Shown: positions 45,643 to 56,065, counted from the first letter of the stretch. The stretch is DNA of 64,000 nt from an uncultured Candidatus Rokubacteria bacterium (GCA_963805625.1 CAWDVE010000010.1:1-64000); one strand, 5' to 3'. The notes: generated from the letters alone by a model not told the origin. Made by a program: numbers and translations.

Positions 45643-46670
45643 TGGTAATGGCAGAAAAAAGTTATCTCGATTTAAAACGTGAGATCTGGGATACGGGCAG
45701 GTGTTCGGGGTGCGGTGCATGTGTTGCAGTCTGCCCTGCAGATGCACTTACCTTTGACGAGGGGGAAATGGTGGTATCCCCCAAAAGTACCGGGTACTGC
45801 AAACAGGCAACAGATGGTGTAACCTGCGGGGCATGTTATGACTCCTGTCCCCGTACTGGTAACCAGCCTTCAGAAACCCTCGGGGAGTACCTGGAACTCT
45901 TCGCCGCAAAAGCAACGTTTGATGTTCCGCACCGCCAGAGTGGCGGGGCAGTCACGTCGATCCTCGCCAATGCGCTGGATGAGGGATTGATCGATGCTGT
46001 TGTCACGGTAAACGAGGATCGCTGGACGCTCAGGCCGTCATCTGTTGTAATTACGAAATCCGACGTGCTTCTGCAGCAGGCAGGCAGCAGGTACAGCTGG
46101 TGGGTACCTCTCCTGGCGGCATTGAAAAACGCCGTAGTAGAACGTAAGTTTAAGCGCATCGCTGTCGTCGGTGTTCCCTGTGCAGTACAGGCAGTCTCCC
46201 GTATACGGGCAAGTGAAAATGATCTGCTCAAACCCTACGCAAAGGCAATCCGGCTCACCATCGGCCTTTTCTGCACGGAAACATTTGACTATACCCTGCT
46301 TATCCAGGGAAAACTCCGCAGCCACTATATGCTCGAACCCCACGAGATCAGGAAACTCGATGTCAAGGGAAAACTTGAAGTCTTAAAACAGGATGGAAGC
46401 ACAACCATCGTTCCTCTTGCAGAACTGGAAACCTGTATACGAAAAGGCTGCCGTTACTGCACTGATCTGACGGCTGTACGTTCAGATATATCAGCAGGCG
46501 CAATCGGAAGTCCTGCCGGTTCAACTACGTTAATCATCCGCACCAGTACGGGAAAAGGTTTCGTTGACAGCGCCGTAAGAAACCGGAAACTTGAGGTCAG
46601 CCCGGATGTTGATACAACAGCCATCGAGAAACTGGCGGCAGCAAAAATAAAGAAAAATTCCAAAAAATAA
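45639..46670 (+). CDS. FrhB/FdhB-family F420-binding Fe-S protein
   Basis: CSGCGACVAVCP, CGACYDSCP, QSGGAVT, GVPC, IGLFCTE, CRYCTD, DISAG. Confidence 0.9.
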   Translation: MMVMAEKSYLDLKREIWDTGRCSGCGACVAVCPADALTFDEGEMVVSPKSTGYCKQATDGVTCGACYDSCPRTGNQPSETLGEYLELFAAKATFDVPHRQSGGAVTSILANALDEGLIDAVVTVNEDRWTLRPSSVVITKSDVLLQQAGSRYSWWVPLLAALKNAVVERKFKRIAVVGVPCAVQAVSRIRASENDLLKPYAKAIRLTIGLFCTETFDYTLLIQGKLRSHYMLEPHEIRKLDVKGKLEVLKQDGSTTIVPLAELETCIRKGCRYCTDLTAVRSDISAGAIGSPAGSTTLIIRTSTGKGFVDSAVRNRKLEVSPDVDTTAIEKLAAAKIKKNSKK

Positions 46671-46709
46671 TTTTTCAGGCCGGGAAATTCATTGGGATAC
46701 TGGTTTTAA

Positions 46710-47257
46710 GGATCCCCCGACTCATGACATCTTCGAGGCATGGCGGATCAAGGAATGTTTTCAGATTTTATGTTGTTGATCCGCTGCGGGAGCACTCCGT
46801 CGGAGACGGCGGGGTCATCATAATCTGATCAGGATTACCGATTCTCATCTGGATTTTCATGAAGGTCCGAACACTTCTTTCATACAGGTTTCCCAAAAAA
46901 TTATAGTATTTTACGAGAGTCACCCGCCTCAGGGCCTCTCCGAGGCACGGCGGGTCAGGAGGTTTATTTCGGATTTTTGGTTATTGAACCGCCGCGGGGG
47001 CGTCCCTTCGGGGGCGGCGGGGTCATCATAAGTTTGATTCACAGATACCGATCCCCGTTCATCTCTGAATATTACGATTTTCATGGTTCAGGTTCGAACA
47101 CTTCTTTCATACAGGTTTCCCATAAAAATTATCAGTATTTTACGAGAGTCACCCGCCTCAGGGCCTCTCCGAGGCACGGCAGGTCAGGAGGTTTATTTCG
47201 GATTTTTGGTTATTGAACCGCCCCTGGAGCGTCCCGTCAGGGGCACCAGTCGTTCAT
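46710..47257 (-). repeat. Modular intergenic repeat, locus 6: three tandem module-A-core copies
   Basis: CCCGCCTCAGGGCCTCTCCGAGGCACGG at 46923 and 47152 (229-bp period) plus a degenerate copy at 46710-46822. Confidence 0.9.
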
Positions 47258-47294
47258 CTTAAAACAGAAACTCAAAAAAACAAAGATCTCGGCT

Positions 47295-48662
47295 TTATTT
47301 CTCCCGCAGTATCCTTGTAAGCGGTGAGCGACGGTCGAAGAATTCCGCGATGAACGGAGCAAACTCCTCCTGCCAGCATTCTGCACCCTCATGCAGTGTC
47401 CATCCCTTTTCCAAAGACTGCCGGATGTGTTTGCCCAGACTCACCGTCAGGAGAGCATCTGAAGAAAGAAGGCTCTTTGCGGTCTGGTATTCCCTGTTGA
47501 CCTCCATTTCGTACCGCCCATCTTCAATAAAAGGTCCTGACAGGTGCTCGGCAAGGTGCTTTTTGCGGAACTTGTCGGCATTTTCCCGGTTCCAGATCGG
47601 GGGGCCATGATGCTGTCGAATTGCCGGGAGATCCCCTACGAGCAACTCAACGAGGAACATGCACTTGTCTGTCTGCATATCATAGGAAGCGTGATGGACC
47701 AGAAATCCGTTCCGTTCCAGAAATTCCCGGAGCGCAATGGCACTTCGTTTCAGCTGAGGCACAACAATCTCCGGAATGTACTGGGGTGTCGCGAAGGTGA
47801 TGGCATAAACAAATGTCCTGCGCTGTGAGATAATGGCAGCGAGCTCCTTTTTCAGGATGCAACGTTCCATCGGATGAGCAAAAAATTCATAGACCGGGTT
47901 TTCATCATATCCCCGGGCAAGCTCCACAAATCCTGCCATGCGATCGAGGGATACTGCTGCTGCAACATTGCGTTTCGGATCGACCGGGTCGATCACCACC
48001 AGGGGCTCATCAAATTTCTTTGCTGCATGTTTTTCAATATCGATAACCAGACCGGGGCGCCAGTCTGCAGCTGCCCTGATGAGAGGGGTGAATCCTCCGT
48101 AATGGAGTATTAGCAGCTCGCACAGGTAGCCTGAGAAGCCTTCCGTCATCTGGTCTGACCCGTAGATCCCACCTGCCTTGGTAAATTGTTTGAGCAGGAG
48201 GACATCATCTATTAACCCGTTGATCCGGTCGGTGATATACCGGGTATGAAACGGCGTGCGATCCACTGCGCTCTGTATGCGGGTCGCGCTGTCCACGTGA
48301 TAGCAGGGAACAAGATCTACATCCACGTCGTCGATGGTTGCATTGATATACGGATGCTCGGCATATTTTTCATGGAAACGGTCAGTAAACGCTCCTGCAA
48401 TGCTGCGAGCGAGCGACAGGCCCTCCTCTTCAAGCTGTTCGCGGGAAAGGAGCGGATCGAAAAGCATGAAAATATCGAGATCGCGGTCGCCTTTCACCCA
48501 GGTGTGCCGGGCGATGGAACCGACTACCATCGCTTCTGCCCTGCCACTCTGGGCGATTGCTGCCAGCAGGCGCTTTGCAAGACCCCAGACATGTTCCTGT
48601 TCCTGTCGGGTCGGTCGGAGATCCAGAAGAACGGTCTCTTCCAGCGGCAGCCGGGTTACCAA
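47295..48662 (-). CDS. cca: Archaeal CCA-adding enzyme
   Basis: VGSIARHTW..DRDLDIF, YAEHPY, SAVDRTPFH, GFSGYLCELL, DPVDPKRN. Confidence 0.96.
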   Translation of the reverse strand: MVTRLPLEETVLLDLRPTRQEQEHVWGLAKRLLAAIAQSGRAEAMVVGSIARHTWVKGDRDLDIFMLFDPLLSREQLEEEGLSLARSIAGAFTDRFHEKYAEHPYINATIDDVDVDLVPCYHVDSATRIQSAVDRTPFHTRYITDRINGLIDDVLLLKQFTKAGGIYGSDQMTEGFSGYLCELLILHYGGFTPLIRAAADWRPGLVIDIEKHAAKKFDEPLVVIDPVDPKRNVAAAVSLDRMAGFVELARGYDENPVYEFFAHPMERCILKKELAAIISQRRTFVYAITFATPQYIPEIVVPQLKRSAIALREFLERNGFLVHHASYDMQTDKCMFLVELLVGDLPAIRQHHGPPIWNRENADKFRKKHLAEHLSGPFIEDGRYEMEVNREYQTAKSLLSSDALLTVSLGKHIRQSLEKGWTLHEGAECWQEEFAPFIAEFFDRRSPLTRILREK

Positions 48663-49195
48663 TTCAGCACCTCGAGGTCTTCATAGACCGGCCCCTGAGG
48701 CAGCAGCGTACTTTTCTTAAGCACCATACCATGGACTGTGCAACTGCCGTATCCTGTCCTGCTCAGGTCTTTAAGCACGGAAAAGAGTGACGGGTCCGGG
48801 GATTTTACCCGTGCGATGGTTGCATGGGGAGTAAACCTGCGGGTCTCCCGTGAAAATCCAAGTGGAGCAAGTGCATCCTCAATCAGCGTGAATACTTTCT
48901 CCCCCTCCCCCGCGTCGTCAATGGCGCACCAGACCGTATGCGGGCGCCGGGGATTATTTACGGTTACCATTCCTGCTGTGACAGGAAAGGGACTGAAGGT
49001 GATTTTTTTCAGGGCTTCAATAACTTGTGGAAGGGTCTTCTCATCGACCTCACCGAGGAACTTTGCCGTTATATGAATATTCTTCGGCTCCACAAAGGTG
49101 AGACGTGCCCGGCACCTGCGGAGCGTCTGCTGGGCCGAGGCGAGCTGGTCTTTGATCTCATCTGAAAGCTCCAGTGCAATAAATACCCTGACCAT
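48656..49195 (-). CDS. thpR: RNA 2',3'-cyclic phosphodiesterase / 2'-5' RNA ligase
   Basis: RVFIA, HITAKFLG and PHATIAR 2H motifs. Confidence 0.94.
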   Translation of the reverse strand: MVRVFIALELSDEIKDQLASAQQTLRRCRARLTFVEPKNIHITAKFLGEVDEKTLPQVIEALKKITFSPFPVTAGMVTVNNPRRPHTVWCAIDDAGEGEKVFTLIEDALAPLGFSRETRRFTPHATIARVKSPDPSLFSVLKDLSRTGYGSCTVHGMVLKKSTLLPQGPVYEDLEVLNW

Positions 49196-49324
49196 TAGGG
49201 TACTATTATTTCATACCACTACTAATGGTAATCGATTGCCGGAATGCTTGGGCTCAGGAGCATAAACCAAGTTTTTTTTACGGGCAATTCCAAATTCATA
49301 GATGACAGACCAGAGGGTGTTTTT

Positions 49325-49594
49325 GTGCCGGAAAAATTGCAGTTGATTGTGTATACACTTGAGCATTGTCCGAATTGTGACATTCTGAAAGGATTTTTAA
49401 AAAAAGGAGGGTATAAATTCATTGAACAGGACCTCTCAACTGCGGAGTCCCTTACCGAGCTGCGAATGAATGGAATCTTCGTTAATGAAGCACCGGTCTT
49501 ACAAAAAAGTTCAGATTTTTATACCTCTGCAGACATTTTTCCCCGCGGCGAGCTGGATGCAGAGAACTTATCAAGGCTTATTTCAGGTGAATGA
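49325..49594 (+). CDS. Glutaredoxin/NrdH-like redoxin
   Basis: VYTLEHCPNC...EAPVL; abuts nrdD. Confidence 0.85.
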   Translation: MPEKLQLIVYTLEHCPNCDILKGFLKKGGYKFIEQDLSTAESLTELRMNGIFVNEAPVLQKSSDFYTSADIFPRGELDAENLSRLISGE

Positions 49595-51779
49595 ATGGCG
49601 CGGCGGGAGACAAAACAACTGACATTTGACGGAATTACCGTACCTGTCCTCCCCTTCGTCCGTACATCTGACGGGCATATCATCGAATGGAACCGCGATC
49701 GTATTGTCCGCCAGATTGTTCAGGAAACAAAGCTGGTCGAGACCTTCTATGGCTATGAAGGGGCAGACGAATTGACCGCCCAGGATATTGCCCTGGAGGT
49801 TGAAAACCGCATCAAGAACATGGGTCTGAAATCACTTTCCGGTCCACTCATCCGTGAGATTGTCAACATCACACTGCTTGAGAGGGGTATGATACAGTAC
49901 CGCAATGTTTCTACCCGTGTCGGTACTCCGGTTTATGATGCACACCAGATTGATGTCGGGAGGGGATTCGAAGCACACGACAACGCAAACCTCCAGGAAA
50001 ATGCCGAGACTTCCCATAAGAAGAAAGCAGACAAGATCTCAAAGGAACAATATCTGCTCCAGCTCCCACCCGACCTTGCCGATCATCACCTGTCCGGCGA
50101 GATGCACATCCATGATCTCGAGTATTTTGGTACGCGCCCGTTCTGCCAGGACTGGGACCTGCGCTATTTCTTCTATTATGGCCTGATGCCTGACGGCAAT
50201 GGTACAAAGGCTTCGGTGGCTGGTCCTGCGAAGCGTCCGGAGGTTGCAATTCTCCATGCGGTAAAAGCACTCGGATCCGCCCAGACTAATTTTGCCGGTG
50301 GGCAGGGTTATTACAATTTCCTCACCTTCCTGGCGCCTTATATGGAGGGGATGGGGTATAACGAGATCAAACAGAACATGCAGATGTTTGTCTATGAAAT
50401 GACACAGATGATGGTAGCCCGGGGAGGTCAGCTTGTCTTCTCATCCATCCAGCTCTCACCGGGTGTACCGACTCTCTGGCAGGACAAGCCATGCATTTTT
50501 AAAGGAAAGATCTGGGACGGCAAATCAGCTCCTCTTCGCACGTATGGGGAGTTCGAGCGTGAGGTGCGATTGCTCTTCAAAGCCCTCATGGAAGTAATGC
50601 TTGAAGGAGATTACTGGGGCAAACCCTTCAACTTCCCAAAGCCCGAGATCTCTATCGAACCGGATTTCATGAATGAACGCGAAGAGTTCAACGCGAAAAA
50701 CCCTGATCTTCCAACATTCCAGGAATTATACCTGATGACCTTCGAACTCGCTTCGAAGTTCGGAACACCCTATTACGATAACCAGCTTCCCGCGTACCGC
50801 GGAGCAGGTAAAGGGATTTCCTGTTACCAGTGCTGTGCGTATCAGTTTTCCACGGTGGCAGACAAGGATTCGGATTTTGATAAGAAGATGTATTTTGAGG
50901 ATGGCAGGCACTTCTCGATGGGATCCTGGCAGGTTGTTTCCGTAAACTGCCCCCGTGCGGCATATAATGCAGAAGGAGATGATACCCGTCTTTTTGCCGA
51001 ACTCAAGGCGCTCATGGATGTCGCGGTGGATATTTTCAAGATCAAACGCCGATGGATGGACCTTATCCGGGCCAACAGCCGGATGCCATTTGCCATGCAG
51101 CGCCCCAAGGACCCGAACACCGGTGAACGTGGCGCACTTGCTGTCGATCTTGAAGGACTGGTATATACGATTGGGGTCGTCGGTGTCAATGAGATGGTGC
51201 AGCACCACACCGGTAAGCAGACTCCACGAATCAAAAGAAGCATTCAGGCTTGCCATACGTGCGATGACAGAGATGGAGTTGTATGGTCGCGAACTCTCCG
51301 CAAAGAATAACATGACCATTGCCCTTGCCCGCACGCCGGCAGAGACGACCGGGCAAAGGTTTGCGGTTGCCGATCTGCTCGATCGCCGGTATCACGATTA
51401 TGCAGTAAACGTGATCAAAGGAGACATCGAAGAAGGCCTGGAAATGCTGGGCAAGAGCCGTGATCTCCCCATATACTATACGAATGGCACCCATGTGGCA
51501 CCGGGGGCAAATGTCCCGCTCACCAAACGTATGGAAATCGAGCATGTATTCTTCCCCATTGTTGACGGGGGGAACATCTTCCATATCTGGCTGGGTGAGG
51601 CACGTCCGGATCCACGTGGACTCATGGACATGGCGATGAAGCTCTGCCGCAATACCCAGATAGGATATTTTGCTTTTACCCGGGATATTACGGTCTCGCT
51701 CCGCCAGTTCCACGAGATGCGTTCGTCAAAGAAATCCATTACCCCTTATATCCCCTCAGATTTTCCTGTCAAGGTATAA
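49595..51779 (+). CDS. nrdD: Class III anaerobic ribonucleoside-triphosphate reductase lacking the C-terminal glycyl-radical domain (frameshift near 51221)
   Basis: ATP cone, HIHDLEYF.TRPFC, RGGQ, FNFPKP, QCCAY finger loop, TPAETT..RFA..D, YTNGTH, GGNIFHIW, YFAFT. Confidence 0.93.
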
Positions 51780-51996
51780 TGGGGGATTTCTGTATTTCAG
51801 AGAGGGTCGCTCAGGAAGAGGCAGTTTGCCATCACCATTTTTAATGGTAAGACGATTTTCGATTAACCGTTCCTGGATTATCTTTTTACCAGTTCTTTGA
51901 AGAGCTGTAATACTGAATGGGGTGCCTAGGGGCAGGGGCACAGGAATTCATTGTTTCCTGATATCATAGAGAAGTGGATTCTCTGATATCCTGCTT

Positions 51997-52345
51997 ATGA
52001 TGAACGCCGCCGCCCCCGAAGGGACGCCCCCGCGGCGGATCCAGTTACAAAGTTGGTAAATTTCGACAACTCTAAAAACCTCTGACCCGCCGTGCCTCGG
52101 AGAGGCCCTGAGGCGGGTGATCCTCATAAATTTTTTATGAAATTCACCGTTCAGGAATCGTTTTTTTAAACAGAGGATGATGAACACCGTTGTGTCCGGG
52201 GGACGTTTCCGCTGCTGATCATCCAGAAAAATCGGTCAATTTCTGATATATACCAGAACCGCCATGCCTTCGGAAAGACCTGTGGCGGGGACCCTCATCA
52301 GGGCAGAGCGGATTTTTCATCGGTGAGGGTTCACAGGGAACATAA
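51997..52345 (+). repeat. Modular intergenic repeat, locus 7 (one good and one degenerate module A core)
   Basis: CGCCGCCGCCCCCGAAGGGACGCCCCCGCGGCGG and CCCGCCGTGCCTCGGAGAGGCCCTGAGGCGGG; second copy CCGCCATGCCTTCGGAAAGACCTGTGGCGGG. Confidence 0.87.
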
Positions 52346-52391
52346 GATCATAAAAATGAGGAATCAGAATGGATGGCTACCCAAAAAAATA

Positions 52392-52811
52392 TTATCCGGT
52401 GCTGACTTTTTTCAGGGTGATATCCATGATACCGCGGTGAACACGATAATAACTGTGAATCCTGTCTATGGGATGATCGAGCGTGACCGATACATTCCGG
52501 TCATCAATATCCACCCTTACGCTTGTTGCCTGGATGTCAACGAGGGGAGCATTTTTTGAATCGACCGGTATCGTAACGGTAATGAAGATCCTGTCGTCAG
52601 ATTCTACGATTTCGTAAGGGATTTCTTCATCATCGCCAGGCTGACCCTGTCGGAAGATCTCCGGTTCCCCGTTCGAAGGGTTGCGGGTGATTATTGTGTA
52701 TCCAATGATTCGTGCATTGTGGCTGTCTGGCATGTTTTTGACGATGTCTTCAACGATCTTGGCGAGGTTGTTGAAAACATCGTCATAAGGACTGTTTGGA
52801 TCATTCTGCAT
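52392..52811 (-). CDS. Hsp20/CS-like domain protein
   Basis: IPYEIVESDDRIFITVTIP...GIMDITLKK; overlaps the upstream regulator. Confidence 0.7.
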   Translation of the reverse strand: MQNDPNSPYDDVFNNLAKIVEDIVKNMPDSHNARIIGYTIITRNPSNGEPEIFRQGQPGDDEEIPYEIVESDDRIFITVTIPVDSKNAPLVDIQATSVRVDIDDRNVSVTLDHPIDRIHSYYRVHRGIMDITLKKVSTG

Positions 52812-53424
52812 GTACGCCTCGGAGTGTATACAGGTCTTTTGTCCGTCCGATTATTCCTTTACGCTCGAACCGTTTCAGGATTTCACCAAGGTCCTTTTGG
52901 GGCAAATCGGTGACCTGTTCCAGTTCATCGAGAGTAAGTGAGTCATGGGAAAGTGCGATTATTACAGTAATCTCTCGATCGCTGGTGAATAAATCCTTAT
53001 GGTTTCGGGCAAGGTCATTGATTTTTATTTCGATATCATGGCTGATTTGTTCGAGATTGGAGAGAATCATATCGTGAGCTCGGATCATCTGCCCGAACAT
53101 CCTGATTGAGTTTTTTATCCGTTCAGTTTCATCGCTGGCAACTTCATCTTCTGCAGGCACAGATGTCCGCTGAAGGCTGATGTCGACGAGAATGTCATTG
53201 GCAAGATAATAGTATTTCCGCCGCCGGTCATCTGTCTGGCAGGAAAGAATTGCTTCCCGCTCCATCATCTGGAGATGATCAATAACTGCTTTTGGCGAGA
53301 TCATCAGTGTCTCTGAGATCTCGGTAACAAAACAGGGTTTCTGACGTAACAATCCGATGATCCTCCTTCGGTTCCTGTTCCCGAGGATATCGAGCAGCCG
53401 TGAAACCTCAGCAGCTTCGTCCAT
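52801..53424 (-). CDS. ArsR-type wHTH heat-shock regulator (HSR1/Phr-like)
   Basis: LDILGNRNRRRII.LL..KPCFVTEIS...SPKAVIDHL...RRKYY, followed by a coiled coil. Confidence 0.85.
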   Translation of the reverse strand: MDEAAEVSRLLDILGNRNRRRIIGLLRQKPCFVTEISETLMISPKAVIDHLQMMEREAILSCQTDDRRRKYYYLANDILVDISLQRTSVPAEDEVASDETERIKNSIRMFGQMIRAHDMILSNLEQISHDIEIKINDLARNHKDLFTSDREITVIIALSHDSLTLDELEQVTDLPQKDLGEILKRFERKGIIGRTKDLYTLRGVHAE

Positions 53425-53645
53425 CTTTACTTAATGTTAGTATGGGAAATATTTAGCATTAATTCATTGTGCAACTTTTGGACTGGAGAGAGCGGGTCAT
53501 TACAGGAGTATATTGTGGTGCTTTTTGCTTTCGTTTTTTTAGGATCGCTGGAGCCACCATGTCGGAATTTTCCTTGAATAATTTCCAGAATTATATTATT
53601 ACCAACTATTATCTGTTGACAGCGCCAATAAGTTATGGTGATAGT

Positions 53646-53873
53646 ATGGAAAGACAACCCGTTCAATCCTGTAACCTGAAAAGTGTTGGTTACGATAATA
53701 CATTAAAAAATCTGGAGATTGAGTTTCATTCCGGGCTGATTTATCAATATCAGAATGTTCCTTCCCAAATCTATGCAAATCTTTTAAGTGCCCAGTCGAC
53801 CGGGACGTTTTTTACTGACAAGATAAAAAACCGGTATCGATCGAAGCGGCTGGATAAAGTTACCGTCCAGTGA
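53646..53873 (+). CDS. KTSC domain protein
   Basis: MERQPVQSCNLKSVGYD..LEIEFHSG.IYQY.NVP...S.G.FF...IK; GGTGA RBS. Confidence 0.9.
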   Translation: MERQPVQSCNLKSVGYDNTLKNLEIEFHSGLIYQYQNVPSQIYANLLSAQSTGTFFTDKIKNRYRSKRLDKVTVQ

Positions 53874-54023
53874 CTGGCCGGGTACCGTGGATTTCATTCC
53901 TTCCCTGCCACTTTTTATCAGTTCAGAACCTGTTGCCAGGTTTTCATACTGGATACCCCGGTAGTTATAACAATTTTATGTAAGGTATCTTCTGTCTGGA
54001 TGAATGGGGAATTTGAAGAAGTC

Positions 54024-55508
54024 TCAATGCCTGAAGTATCGGACACCGGTAAAAATCATCGCCATATGAAGCCTGTTCGCAGCATCGATTACCTCTTTGT
54101 CGCGGATGGATCCACCCGGTTGTATAAGTGCTGTAGCTCCTGCTTCAGCCGCAACTTCGAGGGTGTCTGCAAATGGCAGAAATGCATCTGAAGCGACAGC
54201 AGACCCAATCAGCGATGATCGGGCTTTCCCGACGGCAATTTTTGCAGCATCCACTCTGCTCATCTGACCGGCACCAATCCCGAGAGTACGCTTCTGATCG
54301 GCAAAGATAATGGTATTGCTTCTGGCATGCTTACACACCTTCCAGGCAAGCTGGACCGCCCGCAGCTCATCGGGAGTCGGGTCTCGATCGGTGATCACCT
54401 TCCAGTGCTCCTGATAAGGGGGCGTTCGCTGAACAAGGACTCCTCCATCAATCGATCGGATTTCATCAGAACCGGATTTTTCCGGCAGAATCAGCACACG
54501 CATGTTTTCCTTTTTCCTGATGATGGCAAGGGCTTCTTCAGAAAATGACGGGGCAACGAGGACTTCAACAAATGTTCCGGCAATCTCTTCTGCTGTGTTT
54601 TTATTGATTTCACGGTTGAAACAGACAACGGATCCGTAAGCAGAAACGGGATCGACTTCGCGGGCATCGATGTAGGCCTCGGCTATGTCTGTGCCAAGAG
54701 CGACACCGCAGGGATTATTATGCTTTATAATGACAGCAGCAGGATCTTCAAATTCCCGGAGGAGTGCCACACCGGCATTTACATCAAGATAATTGTTATA
54801 GGACATCTGCTTTCCCTGAAGGGGTATGGCTCCTGCAATACCAAGCTCCCCATACACTGCAGCCTCCTGATGCGGATTTTCCCCGTACCGCAGTGTTCTG
54901 CCATGACTGAACTGAACCGTATAGGTCGTGGGAAACGAATCACTGAGACCGAACAGGTAGTTGCTGATGGCACCATCATAGGCTGCCGTTCTGGCAAACG
55001 CTTTTTTTGCAAAAGCAAGGCGCTGATCGAGAGAAAGTTCATTGCCCTGAATTGCTGTAATTAACGACGGATAATCCTCAGGGTCTACAACAACCGTGAC
55101 ATTTTTGAAATTTTTTGCTGCTGCCCGGATCATCGCAGGTCCACCGACATCGATATACTCGATCAATGATTCGAGATCCATGTGCTGCCCTGCCATCTTC
55201 TCAAAAGGGTACAGGTTTACAACGAGGACATCGATCCGGTTAATACCATGCTTAGCCATTACCAGATCATCAATCTGCCTTCTTCCCAGGAGACCCCCGT
55301 GAACTTTCGGATGCAGCGTCTTTACCCGGCCATCCATCATCTCGGGAAAACCGGTGTAACTGGAAACCTCGGTAAACTTTATGCCGGCTTCGGCAAGTGC
55401 CTTTCCGGTCCCGCCTGAGCTCATAATATTATATTTCTGACGCGAAAGTTCCTCGGCAAGCTCGACGATACCGGTCTTGTCCCAGACCGAGAGTAGTGCC
55501 CACTTCAT
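54024..55508 (-). CDS. purH: Bifunctional AICAR formyltransferase/IMP cyclohydrolase
   Basis: ALLSVWDKTG, GRVKTLHP, LRYGENPHQ, KHNNPCG, GAGQMSR, ASDAF, QPGGS. Confidence 0.97.
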   Translation of the reverse strand: MKWALLSVWDKTGIVELAEELSRQKYNIMSSGGTGKALAEAGIKFTEVSSYTGFPEMMDGRVKTLHPKVHGGLLGRRQIDDLVMAKHGINRIDVLVVNLYPFEKMAGQHMDLESLIEYIDVGGPAMIRAAAKNFKNVTVVVDPEDYPSLITAIQGNELSLDQRLAFAKKAFARTAAYDGAISNYLFGLSDSFPTTYTVQFSHGRTLRYGENPHQEAAVYGELGIAGAIPLQGKQMSYNNYLDVNAGVALLREFEDPAAVIIKHNNPCGVALGTDIAEAYIDAREVDPVSAYGSVVCFNREINKNTAEEIAGTFVEVLVAPSFSEEALAIIRKKENMRVLILPEKSGSDEIRSIDGGVLVQRTPPYQEHWKVITDRDPTPDELRAVQLAWKVCKHARSNTIIFADQKRTLGIGAGQMSRVDAAKIAVGKARSSLIGSAVASDAFLPFADTLEVAAEAGATALIQPGGSIRDKEVIDAANRLHMAMIFTGVRYFRH

Positions 55509-55646
55509 GGTGAAGTGTATGCATAACAGGAAAGAAAAATGTATGCAGCGTGCATATCGGGTGAATGGATGAGTATGGCCATACTAACCACGACAGCCCT
55601 GGTTTTCCGGTTTGACCTTCTCCAGTGGATCATCCCTTAATTGGCA

Positions 55647-56065
55647 GCTCTGTTGAAACGGGCATGAACGGGAAAATTGAACTAAACAGATGTTCGTAAT
55701 GGATTGTTTATTCTTCAAAATTATTTGCGATGAACCCCGCCGCCCCCGACGGGGCGCCCCCGCGGCGGATCAGTATCTGTAAGCATATTTGCAAAACACC
55801 GCACTGCCCCGCCGTGCCTCGAAGAGGCCCTGAGGCGGGGGACCCTCCTAAAATAGGATGGTTTAATGATTTTCATCGCAATTTGTTGAAATCTTAGGGT
55901 TTCTGAGGGGAACAGTGCCTGTCCCCCGACCGCCCCTGCGGTTTACGATTGTGTTGTATTACCTTCTCGGGAATTATCGCTCGACAGGGGATGTCACAGC
56001 GGCGAGTGTGGAGGCATTACGTGCCGTTGTCCTGAAGAGCGTTGAGAAAAATATTGTGAGGATTT
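55647..56065. repeat. Modular intergenic repeat, locus 8 (inverted end fragment + module A + inverted module B)
   Basis: GCTCTGTTGAAACGGGCATGAACGGG at 55647, both GC hairpins, GGGGAACAGTGCCTGTCCCC. Confidence 0.9.

Noticed and set aside
40888-51779. glnA and nrdD as pseudogenes or programmed frameshifts
   Set aside because: Core genes with otherwise intact motifs, no slippery heptamers, and many similar indels across the window point to sequencing error.
53469-53645. N-terminal extension of the KTSC ORF
   Set aside because: AT-rich promoter-like DNA; the RBS and domain start point to ATG 53646.
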